Positions 50,101 to 57,855 of a stretch of DNA of 64,000 bases are shown piece after piece. Within the stretch, counting starts at the first letter, position 1; each line of letters starts with the position of its first letter. This DNA is from a bacterium (GTDB lineage Bacteria > SAR324 > NAC60-12), in contig CBDDTI010000745.1 of NCBI GenBank assembly GCA_965233585.1, positions 224,001 through 288,000 on the forward strand, given 5' to 3'. The notes under the pieces are model-generated. The model was not told where the DNA came from and made no database searches. It worked only from the letters and a program-made list of their open reading frames with translations. Position numbers and translations under genes: made by a program.

Positions 50101-50928
50101 AGCACGCAAAGGTTGCCATTGAGAAATGGCAATGCTTTCAACACCAATAGTGAAGCAATTCATATTCCTGCCCAAAAAGATTGGACTCTTCTATCTTTGC
50201 CCATTCAACAAAATTTAAATCTTTTGCAACGAGAATTATTTCTTGCTCAATTTAGTGAATTGAAAGTCTATCAAAAAGGCAAATGGCTGATGGAGACCCC
50301 AAATGGTCGTGAGCATCACAACAACGTTGGAACACTTGCTAAAAATCAAGGTTTCTGGGCAAAACAAGACGAGGCAAGAGCTTTAAACTTATTAGGCACT
50401 GCCGCAGAGGAAGCAGAAATGTCTCTACCCCCTGAAAATTCAGGGTGGCATCTGCTTGGTGTGTCAAAAACCATGTCTCTTGATGAACTACAAGTTTTAT
50501 TAAGCTCTCAAGACGACCCCCAACCCACTTCACAAGCGCTGCCATCAAGTTTGCCTATGACAACAGCATTTGCTTTTGCTTTGGTGTTGCCCCTTGTCAG
50601 TATCAGGCATAAAAGGCAAAAATTGTTGTTAGGTCTAATCGTTCTTTTATTGGTGTCTTGCGCCCCTGAATCTAGTGTCCCTTCCTCCTCAGAACCAGCA
50701 GCAGAAAGTGAACAACCTGTCCAAAAGCAAGCTGGAGATGTTCCAACTTCAGTGATTTGGAAACAAAAAAACAACACTTGGCAAGTCTATTCTTCCCACG
50801 AAGAAACAATGAAAACTCTGCAAGACAAGGGTTTTGAGCAGATTGAAAAAGTTCATGCAGGAGAAGGTCTTTGGATCAACCAAACTTGGACTTCTCTTGC
50901 CACAACCACCCCTCCTCAAGTTCAATAA
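44137..50928 (+). CDS. 2263-aa secreted mosaic surface protein: beta-helix-like passenger, FG-GAP/VCBS motifs, PDZ, 3x126-aa repeats, C-terminal TM-basic-lipobox cassette
   Basis: Signal peptide ...LALA|QV; DFDGDGDQD, DVDGDRDPD; GIGVAL...PGGAA PDZ; 378-bp repeats. Confidence 0.9.
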   Translation: MKSQFIILCSALGLFLLPSLALAQVTTSVQDEPFGQVVEYKEGGSLQKIEVKTAIKTQAQFKLSLANTSTTSSKIFTLSSTSNWLQYDSVSRGKAFDRVTGRDSVDEKTITLPASSNTTTSFQTAKLIHTGNYVSYLQGLSSVLPLHLNLQECVTSQSGNLLDPATYDGGSICGKQQTSAKIASGHTVVWNSTPEASNVIHVQDGGILELAYTGTFQGQVVLEKGATLKITQDTTLSKFKMTGDATIQIADSRTVEIPHQIGIPFHQTLTVSGGRLKGERMVIYGTLTTDQTIIENQILVANGTIQTQKSSQILGAIQYADKALKEQPNHLLKDFTPIREDDRKMMYAIHDFDGDGDQDLFARDVNHGLIYYRNVGTLQKPKFERKQIPRGIYKLYDVGRSSWTYSIETLYENQIPKYIAIGAIGVRGIYENIGNATDWNLKLLDRTLVSSTPVYFMDVNGDHTYELVLNWLDLEVLSLKELKFLYDERYPFYYQAILDVDGDRDPDMFSIDNDQEVLTYHQNIRYDSRPIDAEKQKLYDSGDFLSRWQHSPEVFPSHAYKESIPFIRDLNDDQVPELYLLTKLNDPIQALEFFPYDKATIFSDSNESVLKLAESLTVPEYSKLEISGSNIVIQGDLNIHPKLTLQTSTHVQGNISLYKDFTAFKDLTIAGTTTINGSLKLDLRENFSTKNLAILEKFNPLNTPTMAIENSFGKDFKIEKQLTAKHVLLGITGGRVFLPEVIDLEDSALMIVPNSFHNSIKTLNLASGNVTLNVNIARLNSSGTAVVSNAQIDELVTRDNLRLRNATINNNFHLNDPNALLKLEGDNTWKGKFHLEKGTFEAVGTDTTFEAPVEIATTATFTQQYNRPTVKFQQSTTLSGVVNFETFDFPRDHSIFFEAPLTISGALKNTGNLRTSDTTLIQESGTLTNNGSANFQKSLILNGKLESYGPLYIGNIEFGKGQLFSDGVAVTFASQETLFQREPETIPKSGIGVALVQLPTGTFQIHSILPGGAADKHGFLKPQDSILQVSQDGITFESVVGWTMADLISKLTGPEDSTVWLEINRQTPSALVTHKINLVRKPVIQREVTARFEESGISTTKPSHTWKIGKHAKVEVEGGIMRKIAIPEIQGELSLKNVRWFARKDISIASGGILKNEGWGLSFDNLKLDGILESKQGDLDFRQLTLGEGVLRIEGGQTKFPIATSITFTGQHTFRNVDIQTRRTGSTSVWNIGKNTKLSIDGGSVKDIELGEIQSDFSWENAVINIQKTETTVHDKITFKNKGGDVRFKHFKLDGTFENTNGNVAFEKLTIGSTGHFQVTGGTMKFPIATSVTFTGQHTFRNVDIQTITAGSTSVWNIGKNTKLSIDGGSVKDIELGEIQSDFSWENAVINIQKTETTVHDKITFKNKGGDVRFKHFKLDGTFENTDGNVAFEKLTIGSTGSVQATGGTMKFPIATSVTFAGQHTFRNVDIQTITAGSTSVWNIGKNTKLSIDGGSVKDIELGEIQSDFSWENAVINIQKTETTVHDKITFKNKGGDVRFKHFKLDGTFENTDGNVAFERLTIGSTGSIQATGGTMKFPIATSVTFVAGTKARFVNVDLSSLVAGQKSVWFIDDKATVEIIGGSIQDIEIKTGLLSTKGTEDKGGNTNLITGGSGKKTVQTGNTKVSVPADEIKENPDKSVTFTKKTKEGKTETTLYSDGKVQIKKTTTRQGKQIETEVEAPPNSKTDTDEKSGITVTESQLVQLSRGRTSQTKTSLYPDGKVKHETIITSSTGQKTITETKVPEGVKVEIASSGYSAIAVSDFLDVADPKLQVEVTKIESLIGLEGRTQTLIYTQDQDDPTVIDAPLAVKTQIHPLATVQQYIPSQLVNQVSSNVYLSANRKGQLFSSYHTKDKDQKLLTAQAYPVFENGADVKASFHSGQGQLILVGQVANPFINEPNLLVGKDYATGDYVHLSERSADFELRIERNLLEPFNQMSVEQGTAFLVQSTQRLPLRNGNAFNTNSEAIHIPAQKDWTLLSLPIQQNLNLLQRELFLAQFSELKVYQKGKWLMETPNGREHHNNVGTLAKNQGFWAKQDEARALNLLGTAAEEAEMSLPPENSGWHLLGVSKTMSLDELQVLLSSQDDPQPTSQALPSSLPMTTAFAFALVLPLVSIRHKRQKLLLGLIVLLLVSCAPESSVPSSSEPAAESEQPVQKQAGDVPTSVIWKQKNNTWQVYSSHEETMKTLQDKGFEQIEKVHAGEGLWINQTWTSLATTTPPQVQ
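47734..48893 (+). repeat. Three near-identical 378-bp (126-aa) intragenic repeats
   Basis: TTCCCCATCGC anchors at 47734, 48112, 48490, 48868. Confidence 0.95.
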
Positions 50929-51097
50929 AAAGCAGGTACTTGAAACTCGTTTGATTTACCTCTATACTATCTTGCTTGTTTATTAAAACTTCATAAGATG
51001 ACCCTATTGATTTGTGTTCGTTCTGAATTGAGAGAGTTTCGGTTTTTCTTTCAAAGAGATGAACGTTCAGATCTCCGCCAAAATATAAAAAAGAATT

Positions 51098-52309
51098 ATG
51101 CGTTTTGACTCTATTGAAGAAGCAATCACTGACATTCAATCTGGAAAGATGATTGTTTTAGTGGATGACGAAGAACGAGAAAATGAAGGAGACCTGGTTT
51201 GTGCGGCTCAAAAAGTCACACCCAAAGTGATTAACTTCATGTCAAAGTACGGTCGCGGTTTGATCTGCTTAGCTTTGAATGGCGAGCAAACGGAACAACT
51301 CCAGCTTGCTTTGATGTCTCCAAAAAATGAATCAAAATTTGCAACCAATTTTACAACAAGCATTGAAGCCGCTACAGGAGTTACGACTGGTATTTCTGCC
51401 GCAGACCGTTCTCATACTATCTTGACAGCCATCAAACCTGATGCCTCTCCTTCTGACATTGTCTCACCTGGGCATATCTTTCCTATTCGTGCCAAAAACG
51501 GAGGGGTTCTGGAACGTGCAGGTCAAACAGAGGGGGCTGTGGACCTTGCCCGTTTAGCTGGCATGAACCCTAGCGGTGTGATTTGTGAGATTATGAATGA
51601 TGATGGCACGATGGCAAGATGCCCTGAACTCAGACAGTTTGCTGATAAGCATCAACTCAAATTGGTGACAATCGCAGATTTGATTAAATACCGCAAAAAA
51701 AATGAGACACTCATTCAGCAAGTGGCAGAGTCTAAATTACCCACTCAATTTGGCACATTTCGTTTGAAAGGTTTTCAAAGTTTGATTGACCAAAGCGAAT
51801 ATATTGCATTGGTAATGGGGGATATTTCACCTGAAGAACCGATTTTGACAAGAGTCCACTCCCAATGCGTGACAGGTGATATTTTTGGGTCTTTCCGTTG
51901 TGATTGTGGAAAACAACTTCATGCCGCCTTAAATCAAATCTCCAAAGAACAACGAGGAGTCTTGCTTTATTTGCCACAAGAAGGGAGAGGTATTGGTTTA
52001 CTGAACAAAATCCGTGCTTATCACTTGCAAGATCATGGAGCTGACACAGTAGAAGCCAACAAACAACTTGGTTTTGGAGCAGATTTAAGGGATTACGGAC
52101 TAGGTGCGCAGGCATTGGCTCAGCTAGGCTTGAAAAAGCTAAGACTCATGACAAACAACCCTAAAAAAATTGTAGGTCTGGAAGGACACAGTTTGGAAGT
52201 CGTAGAACGAGTCCCCTTAGAAATTGAGGCACATTCTGAAAATGCGGATTATTTACAAACCAAAAAAGAGAAGATGGGGCATTTGCTAGAAGGCATCAGA
52301 CATTCTTGA
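51098..52309 (+). CDS. ribBA: Bifunctional DHBP synthase / GTP cyclohydrolase II
   Basis: RENEGD, SPGHIFP, RVHSQC, CDCG, QEGRGIG. Confidence 0.96.
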   Translation: MRFDSIEEAITDIQSGKMIVLVDDEERENEGDLVCAAQKVTPKVINFMSKYGRGLICLALNGEQTEQLQLALMSPKNESKFATNFTTSIEAATGVTTGISAADRSHTILTAIKPDASPSDIVSPGHIFPIRAKNGGVLERAGQTEGAVDLARLAGMNPSGVICEIMNDDGTMARCPELRQFADKHQLKLVTIADLIKYRKKNETLIQQVAESKLPTQFGTFRLKGFQSLIDQSEYIALVMGDISPEEPILTRVHSQCVTGDIFGSFRCDCGKQLHAALNQISKEQRGVLLYLPQEGRGIGLLNKIRAYHLQDHGADTVEANKQLGFGADLRDYGLGAQALAQLGLKKLRLMTNNPKKIVGLEGHSLEVVERVPLEIEAHSENADYLQTKKEKMGHLLEGIRHS

Positions 52310-52532
52310 AGCAGAAATTTGCCATGATTTATCACAGATTGTAAACATGAAGTAGCACCAAATAAATTTGATTTTGATAAGACTTTTCAAAGAAAGCCTT
52401 ATCATTTTCTCAAGTAGAGGCTTGCTGCTAGTTCAGTTAGCCACAAAAAACTTGCAACATCTGAATCCTTTGTAATACCATCATTAGCATCATTGATTAT
52501 TGAGTGCTAACTTACTTTTATCAATTTCACCT

Positions 52533-53522
52533 ATGGACACTAAAAATCTTCAAATTGTCATCGCTCTAGCTGTCATACTCACAGCTTTGAGCCTTCTCTT
52601 GTGGAAGAATTTTCCTTTAAACTCTGAGTCAAGGGAAGAGACAGCAAAAACGTTGCTGTCTTACAATCAAATCCAAAACCTCACCGAAGTTAAAATTCGC
52701 AGTAAAGAGCAGACTCTTGCCTTTCAAGCAACGGAAAATCAATGGGTTGTGAATTCCCTCAACTACACTTTAGATCGTCCTAAATTGCAAGAATGGCTTC
52801 TTCAAATGAGCCAAGAAAAGCTGGTCAATTTAGTTTCAAACAAAGACTCGCATCATCAGAGGTTTGCTGTTGAGCTTTCACCTGAAGGTTTGCCTGTTGG
52901 TGAAGGGATTGTAGTGGAGCTAAATCAAGATGACTCGTCTGTTAAGTTGATTCTGGGAAAATCCAGAGACAAAGGCGGTAGATACGTCAGATACGCAGAC
53001 TCTCCTGATGTTTATTTGATTTCTGATGATTTATCTGTGTCTTTAGATGACCAAGAATGGATACAAAAAGAGCTGTTTGATGTTGAGCCTTCTGAAATCA
53101 AAAGTATTCAGCTCAAACACGAAGGCGAGACTACTTCATGGACTAGAGAAGAAAAAGATGCTGAATGGCAACTGGAAAACCTACCAGAGGGCAGGGAACT
53201 CAAGCAAGAAGTTGTCAACGAGCTAGCAGAAGTGTTGCAAGATTTTGAGTTTGATGACCTTGCAACAGGCACAATACTCCCTCAAGAAACAAGTGTTTAT
53301 CAGGCAACTCTTTTTGATGGAAGAAGCATTGAAGTCGCTTTTGCTAAAGAAAATGACGACCATTATTTGCTAACAGCTCAAATGGAATCTTCCACAAATT
53401 CAAATGAAAGTTTAGCCTCTGATTTTCAAAAGATGACCAAAAATAAAGTTTATCGCCTTTCTTCTTGGAAGGCAGAAAAGATGATAAAAACTTCAAACGA
53501 TTATCTTCAAGAGAAGGAATAA
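52533..53522 (+). CDS. DUF4340-like membrane-anchored periplasmic protein
   Basis: N-terminal TM; LILGK...YVR...VYLI motif; context with the Gld-like ABC genes. Confidence 0.7.
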   Translation: MDTKNLQIVIALAVILTALSLLLWKNFPLNSESREETAKTLLSYNQIQNLTEVKIRSKEQTLAFQATENQWVVNSLNYTLDRPKLQEWLLQMSQEKLVNLVSNKDSHHQRFAVELSPEGLPVGEGIVVELNQDDSSVKLILGKSRDKGGRYVRYADSPDVYLISDDLSVSLDDQEWIQKELFDVEPSEIKSIQLKHEGETTSWTREEKDAEWQLENLPEGRELKQEVVNELAEVLQDFEFDDLATGTILPQETSVYQATLFDGRSIEVAFAKENDDHYLLTAQMESSTNSNESLASDFQKMTKNKVYRLSSWKAEKMIKTSNDYLQEKE

Positions 53523-53524
53523 AA

Positions 53525-54463
53525 ATGATTAGAGTTGAAAATCTCACTAAGAGGTTTGGTTCATTTCAGGCAGTCAATCAGATCAATTTTGAGCTGAATG
53601 CTGGAGAAATTCTTGGCTTTTTAGGACCAAACGGAGCAGGCAAATCTACGACAATGAAAATCATTGCAGGGTTTTTACCTTTGACATCAGGGAAGGTGAC
53701 AGTTTGTGACCTTGATGTTGTCAAAGATTCCTTAAAAGTCCGCTCTAAAATTGGCTACCTACCTGAAACGTCAGCATATTATTCTGAAATGAGAATTGAG
53801 GAGTTTCTGCAATTTATTGCAGAAGTAAGGGGTTTTGAAGGTGCAGACAAGCAAAAGCGTGTGGATTATGCACTTGATGTTACCTCGCTCAATGATGTCC
53901 GTTTACAACTTTGCGAGACGTTGTCTAAGGGGTATCGTCAACGTGTCTGCCTTGCACAAGCATTGCTTTCAGACCCTCCTGTTTTGATTTTAGATGAGCC
54001 AACTGATGGGCTTGACCCTAACCAAAAACATGAAGTACGTCAGTTGATTCAAAATATGAGTGAAAAACGGTCTATTCTTGTTTCTACTCATATTCTTGAA
54101 GAAGTTGAGGCTGTCTGCACCAGAGCAATCATCATCAATCGCGGGCAAATTGTAACAGAAGGGACTCCCCAAAAACTGCTGATGCGTTCCCGCTATCATG
54201 GAGCTGTCAGTGTCTTGGTGCAAAGCAAGTCGCTAGATTCTACGTTGGACAAGCTCAAACAAAGCAATGAGGTTGCATCGGTAGAACAGCAACCAGAGGC
54301 AGAAGGCGTGAGACTGACTATTTTCCCAAAATCCAGTGAGCAGAACGTCCTTGCTCATGTTCAAAACACACTTCAGAAGGAAAACGTTGACGTTCAACAG
54401 ATTCATGTTGAAAGGGGGCGACTTGATGAAGTTTTTAGAAATGTTACATTAAATCAAAATTAA
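53525..54463 (+). CDS. ABC ATPase (GldA-like)
   Basis: GPNGAGKST, LSKGYRQR, LDEPTDGLDP. Confidence 0.9.
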   Translation: MIRVENLTKRFGSFQAVNQINFELNAGEILGFLGPNGAGKSTTMKIIAGFLPLTSGKVTVCDLDVVKDSLKVRSKIGYLPETSAYYSEMRIEEFLQFIAEVRGFEGADKQKRVDYALDVTSLNDVRLQLCETLSKGYRQRVCLAQALLSDPPVLILDEPTDGLDPNQKHEVRQLIQNMSEKRSILVSTHILEEVEAVCTRAIIINRGQIVTEGTPQKLLMRSRYHGAVSVLVQSKSLDSTLDKLKQSNEVASVEQQPEAEGVRLTIFPKSSEQNVLAHVQNTLQKENVDVQQIHVERGRLDEVFRNVTLNQN

Positions 54464-54466
54464 GCT

Positions 54467-55201
54467 ATGCAAGGTTTACTTCCTGTTTTTAAGCGAGAAC
54501 TAGTCGCCTATTTTCATTCACCTGTGGCATACGTGTTCATGATTATTTTTCTGATGACACATGCTGCTGCTGGTTTTTTACTTGGCAATTTTTATGACTC
54601 TAACCAAGCCAGCCTAGAAGCCTTTTTCTTATTCCACCCGTGGCTTTATCTTTTTCTGATTCCCGCGATTGGAATGCGTCTTTGGTCAGAAGAGCGAAGG
54701 TCTGGAACGATTGAATTGCTGTTGAGTTTACCAATAGACTTATTTGCGGCAGTTCTTGGAAAGTTTTTGGCGGCTTGGTTGTTTATTGCGATTGCACTCG
54801 CGTTGACTTTTCCGATGGTGATGACGGTGTCTTATCTTGGGACTCCTGATATTGGTCCTATCATTTCAGGATATTTAGGGAGTTTGTTGATGGCAGGTGC
54901 TTATTTGTCTATTGCCTCCTACACTTCTTCAATCACTAAAAACCAAGTGGTGAGCTTCATTCTGAGTCTATCTATTTGTTTGATTTTAGTTCTATTAGGT
55001 TGGGGCGTGCTAAATGAAATTCTCAATACTATTTTCCCTGTGTGGGCGACTGACTTCATTGCTCAACTAAGTTTTACAACGCATTTCAATGCGTTAAGGC
55101 GTGGTGTGATTGAAGTGGCGGACGTTCTTTATTTCGCTTCAATTATTGGCGTCATGTTGTCTATCAACGTGACTGTCTTAAATTCTCATCAATCTGCTTA
55201 A
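54467..55201 (+). CDS. ABC-2 permease (GldF-like)
   Basis: FHSPVAY, MRLWSEERRSGTIELL. Confidence 0.88.
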   Translation: MQGLLPVFKRELVAYFHSPVAYVFMIIFLMTHAAAGFLLGNFYDSNQASLEAFFLFHPWLYLFLIPAIGMRLWSEERRSGTIELLLSLPIDLFAAVLGKFLAAWLFIAIALALTFPMVMTVSYLGTPDIGPIISGYLGSLLMAGAYLSIASYTSSITKNQVVSFILSLSICLILVLLGWGVLNEILNTIFPVWATDFIAQLSFTTHFNALRRGVIEVADVLYFASIIGVMLSINVTVLNSHQSA

Positions 55202-55213
55202 CCTCAAAAGATT

Positions 55214-57052
55214 ATGAAACATTTATCAAAGTTCCTAACCATTGGATTATTGCTAGTCTGCTTAATTGCAGTCAATATGATTGGGAAGTTTCTGCCATTG
55301 AAATTTGACCTGACGCAAGACAATCTTTACACGATCACTGATGCCACAAAACAAATCATTTCTTCACTGGAAGAGCCTGTAACGATTAGATATTATTTTT
55401 CTAAAAGCATTGCAGAGCTTCCCCCTACTTACAAGGCTTATGGAGAACGTGTAGAGAATATTTTGCGTGAGTATGAAAGCCTTTCTGATGGTCAAATCAG
55501 GTTTGAAATTTTTGACCCTAAACCTGATACAGAAGAAGAAGAATGGGCTCAAAAATACGGGATTCAGGCTATACAGTTGCCAAGTGGCTTTCCATTTTTC
55601 TTTGGTGTTGTGGTCTCCATGCTAGACCAAGAAGCGACCATTCCTTTTTTGGATATGAGGCGTGAAAGACTTCTTGAATATGACCTTTCTCAGCTGATTC
55701 TTCAGGCATCTCAACTTGAGCCTTTAAAAATTGGTGTGTTGTCTTCTCTTCCTCTTGAAGGCTTTCCAATCGCAAGAGGGCAAGGCAATCAAGGAGGTTG
55801 GATTTTCCTGTCAGAATTACGTAAGACATTTTCAGTAGAAGTACTAGAATCCACAACAAATGCGATTGATTCCAGTTTAGGCTTGTTGATGGTGATTCAT
55901 CCTAAAGAATTATCTGATACCACTCTTTACGCAATAGACCAACATGTGATGAGGGGAGGCAAGCTGGTTGTGCTAGTTGACCCCAATTCAAGGGCAGACT
56001 TGCAAAGCTCACAAGGTGCAGGTCTGGGACAAATCCCTGATACTGCAAGCAATTTTTATAAGCTCTTTCAGGCATGGGGCGTGGAATACGACTCATCCAA
56101 ATTGGTTGGAGACTTCCGATATGCGACACAGATCAATGCAGGAGCATCTGGTATCTTGCGTTATCCATTGTGGATGAGCCTGAACCAAAGTGCATTGAAT
56201 GCAGACCACCCTATCACTGGTCAACTGGAATCGTTATTGTTTGTTGAAACAGGAGAGTTTAAGCAAAAGGAAGGAGCAGAGCAAGAATGGACTCCATTGA
56301 TTGAAACGTCTTCTCAAAGTGGTCTTGTAGAGTCTATTATGACACGTTTTGCAGCGCCTGATAGCATCATACGTGAACTCAAAACCGATGACACTTCAAG
56401 AACATTAGCAGCGTTGGTTCAAGGTGAGTTTGCTTCTGGCTTTTCATCTGCACCTCCACAAGAGAATCAAGAACAATCCAACCAAGCAGAGCATCTTTCA
56501 AAATCTCCTAACACTGCTATATTGGTCGTTGCAGATTCTGACTTTTTGTCTGATGACTATTCTGTGCAACGTTTTTCTTTTCTTGGGCAATCTGTGGCTC
56601 AACCTGTCAATGACAATCTGAATCTTATTTTGAATGCGGCAGAGTTTCTTTCAGGCAATGAGGCTTTAATGAGCATTCGTTCTCGTGGGCAATTCTCAAG
56701 ACCTTTTACAACATTGCTGGCATTGGAACAAAATGCACAGTTAAGGTTTCAGGAGGAAGAAAGACTTTTACAGGAGAAGTTGGAATCTGTGCAAGAAAAA
56801 CTTCGTAACCTCTCGCAGGAACAAAGTGCTGACCAAAAACTTTTGATTACACCAGAACAAGAAAAAGAAATTCAGAATTTTCGCGAAGAAGAACGTAAAG
56901 CTCGTAAAAATTTGAGAGAAGTCAGGAAAGTTTTGCGTCAAGATGTAGAACAACTTGGGCAGTGGCTGCTTGCATTCAATTTGCTTTTTGCCCCTCTTTT
57001 TGTCGGAGTTGCAGGAATTTTGGTTTATCGCAAACGCAATCGTTCTTCTTGA
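55214..57052 (+). CDS. GldG-like ABC accessory protein
   Basis: DLTQDNLYT, LEYDL, IDQHVMRGG, ADSDFL; C-terminal coiled coil and TM. Confidence 0.85.
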   Translation: MKHLSKFLTIGLLLVCLIAVNMIGKFLPLKFDLTQDNLYTITDATKQIISSLEEPVTIRYYFSKSIAELPPTYKAYGERVENILREYESLSDGQIRFEIFDPKPDTEEEEWAQKYGIQAIQLPSGFPFFFGVVVSMLDQEATIPFLDMRRERLLEYDLSQLILQASQLEPLKIGVLSSLPLEGFPIARGQGNQGGWIFLSELRKTFSVEVLESTTNAIDSSLGLLMVIHPKELSDTTLYAIDQHVMRGGKLVVLVDPNSRADLQSSQGAGLGQIPDTASNFYKLFQAWGVEYDSSKLVGDFRYATQINAGASGILRYPLWMSLNQSALNADHPITGQLESLLFVETGEFKQKEGAEQEWTPLIETSSQSGLVESIMTRFAAPDSIIRELKTDDTSRTLAALVQGEFASGFSSAPPQENQEQSNQAEHLSKSPNTAILVVADSDFLSDDYSVQRFSFLGQSVAQPVNDNLNLILNAAEFLSGNEALMSIRSRGQFSRPFTTLLALEQNAQLRFQEEERLLQEKLESVQEKLRNLSQEQSADQKLLITPEQEKEIQNFREEERKARKNLREVRKVLRQDVEQLGQWLLAFNLLFAPLFVGVAGILVYRKRNRSS

Positions 57053-57123
57053 TTTGTAAAACCAACTCTTTAGTTTTAACTTCTAACCATTGAAGCTCAA
57101 AGAAGACTGACCCGTTTGGCTTT

Positions 57124-57855
57124 TTAGCTTTGATTTGATTCTAGTTGTGTAGCGAGAGAGCGAAGTATTTTTGCATATTTTTGACGTTGTTCAGTCTGTT
57201 CCTCCAAAGAAAGTTCTTTTAGCATTTTCAACTCTGAAAGTAGGTCTTTGAGTTCCCTCCAAATTTGCCTATCTTTTTTGTCTAAAATGGGTGCTTGTTC
57301 GGAACAAGGCAAGATCTGTTTTTGATGCCAATGCTTCAACTCTTGTCTTAAACTCGCAATGCTTGCAGTCGCCTTTTCTCCGCATGCCTGAATCCAAACT
57401 TTTTCCCTTTCTTCATGTGAGTTGAGCGTTGTCAGCAAATAAGCTCCTGATGCTCCATAACGTTCTATTAAATTGGGGGAGTCTTCATAGACTTCTGCAA
57501 CTTTTTTACACTGCATGGCGGAAGAGTAAGGCATATTGATTTTGTCAAGATACCATGCCTTGATTTGTGCCGTTGTCATTTGAGAACCTTTGAGCATTTT
57601 ATGCAGCACAATAAGGTGTAATCCCAACAAAAAGTAATCATCAGCAATATTTTCAATGAAGCGATTGATTCTTGTGACCATTTGTAATGCTTGAGGGTGA
57701 TCTCCATCAAGTTTGGTTTCAGTCAAGTCAGGTAAGTCAGGGAGGTTAAAGCGAGGTTCACGGCTGCCAACAGGAACGCCTTTTGATTTTTGAGAAAGAT
57801 GCTCTACTTGAATTTGAGATTGTGGAGTAAATGTTACGTCTAATTGTTTTGCCAT
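57124..57855 (-). CDS. Hypothetical protein, weakly DUF3102-like
   Basis: LGLHLIVLH...W...MPYSSAMQCKKVAE pattern. Confidence 0.55.
   Translation of the reverse strand: MAKQLDVTFTPQSQIQVEHLSQKSKGVPVGSREPRFNLPDLPDLTETKLDGDHPQALQMVTRINRFIENIADDYFLLGLHLIVLHKMLKGSQMTTAQIKAWYLDKINMPYSSAMQCKKVAEVYEDSPNLIERYGASGAYLLTTLNSHEEREKVWIQACGEKATASIASLRQELKHWHQKQILPCSEQAPILDKKDRQIWRELKDLLSELKMLKELSLEEQTEQRQKYAKILRSLATQLESNQS

Noticed and set aside
50929..51097. FMN riboswitch upstream of ribBA
   Set aside because: Conserved RFN sequence motifs are not seen
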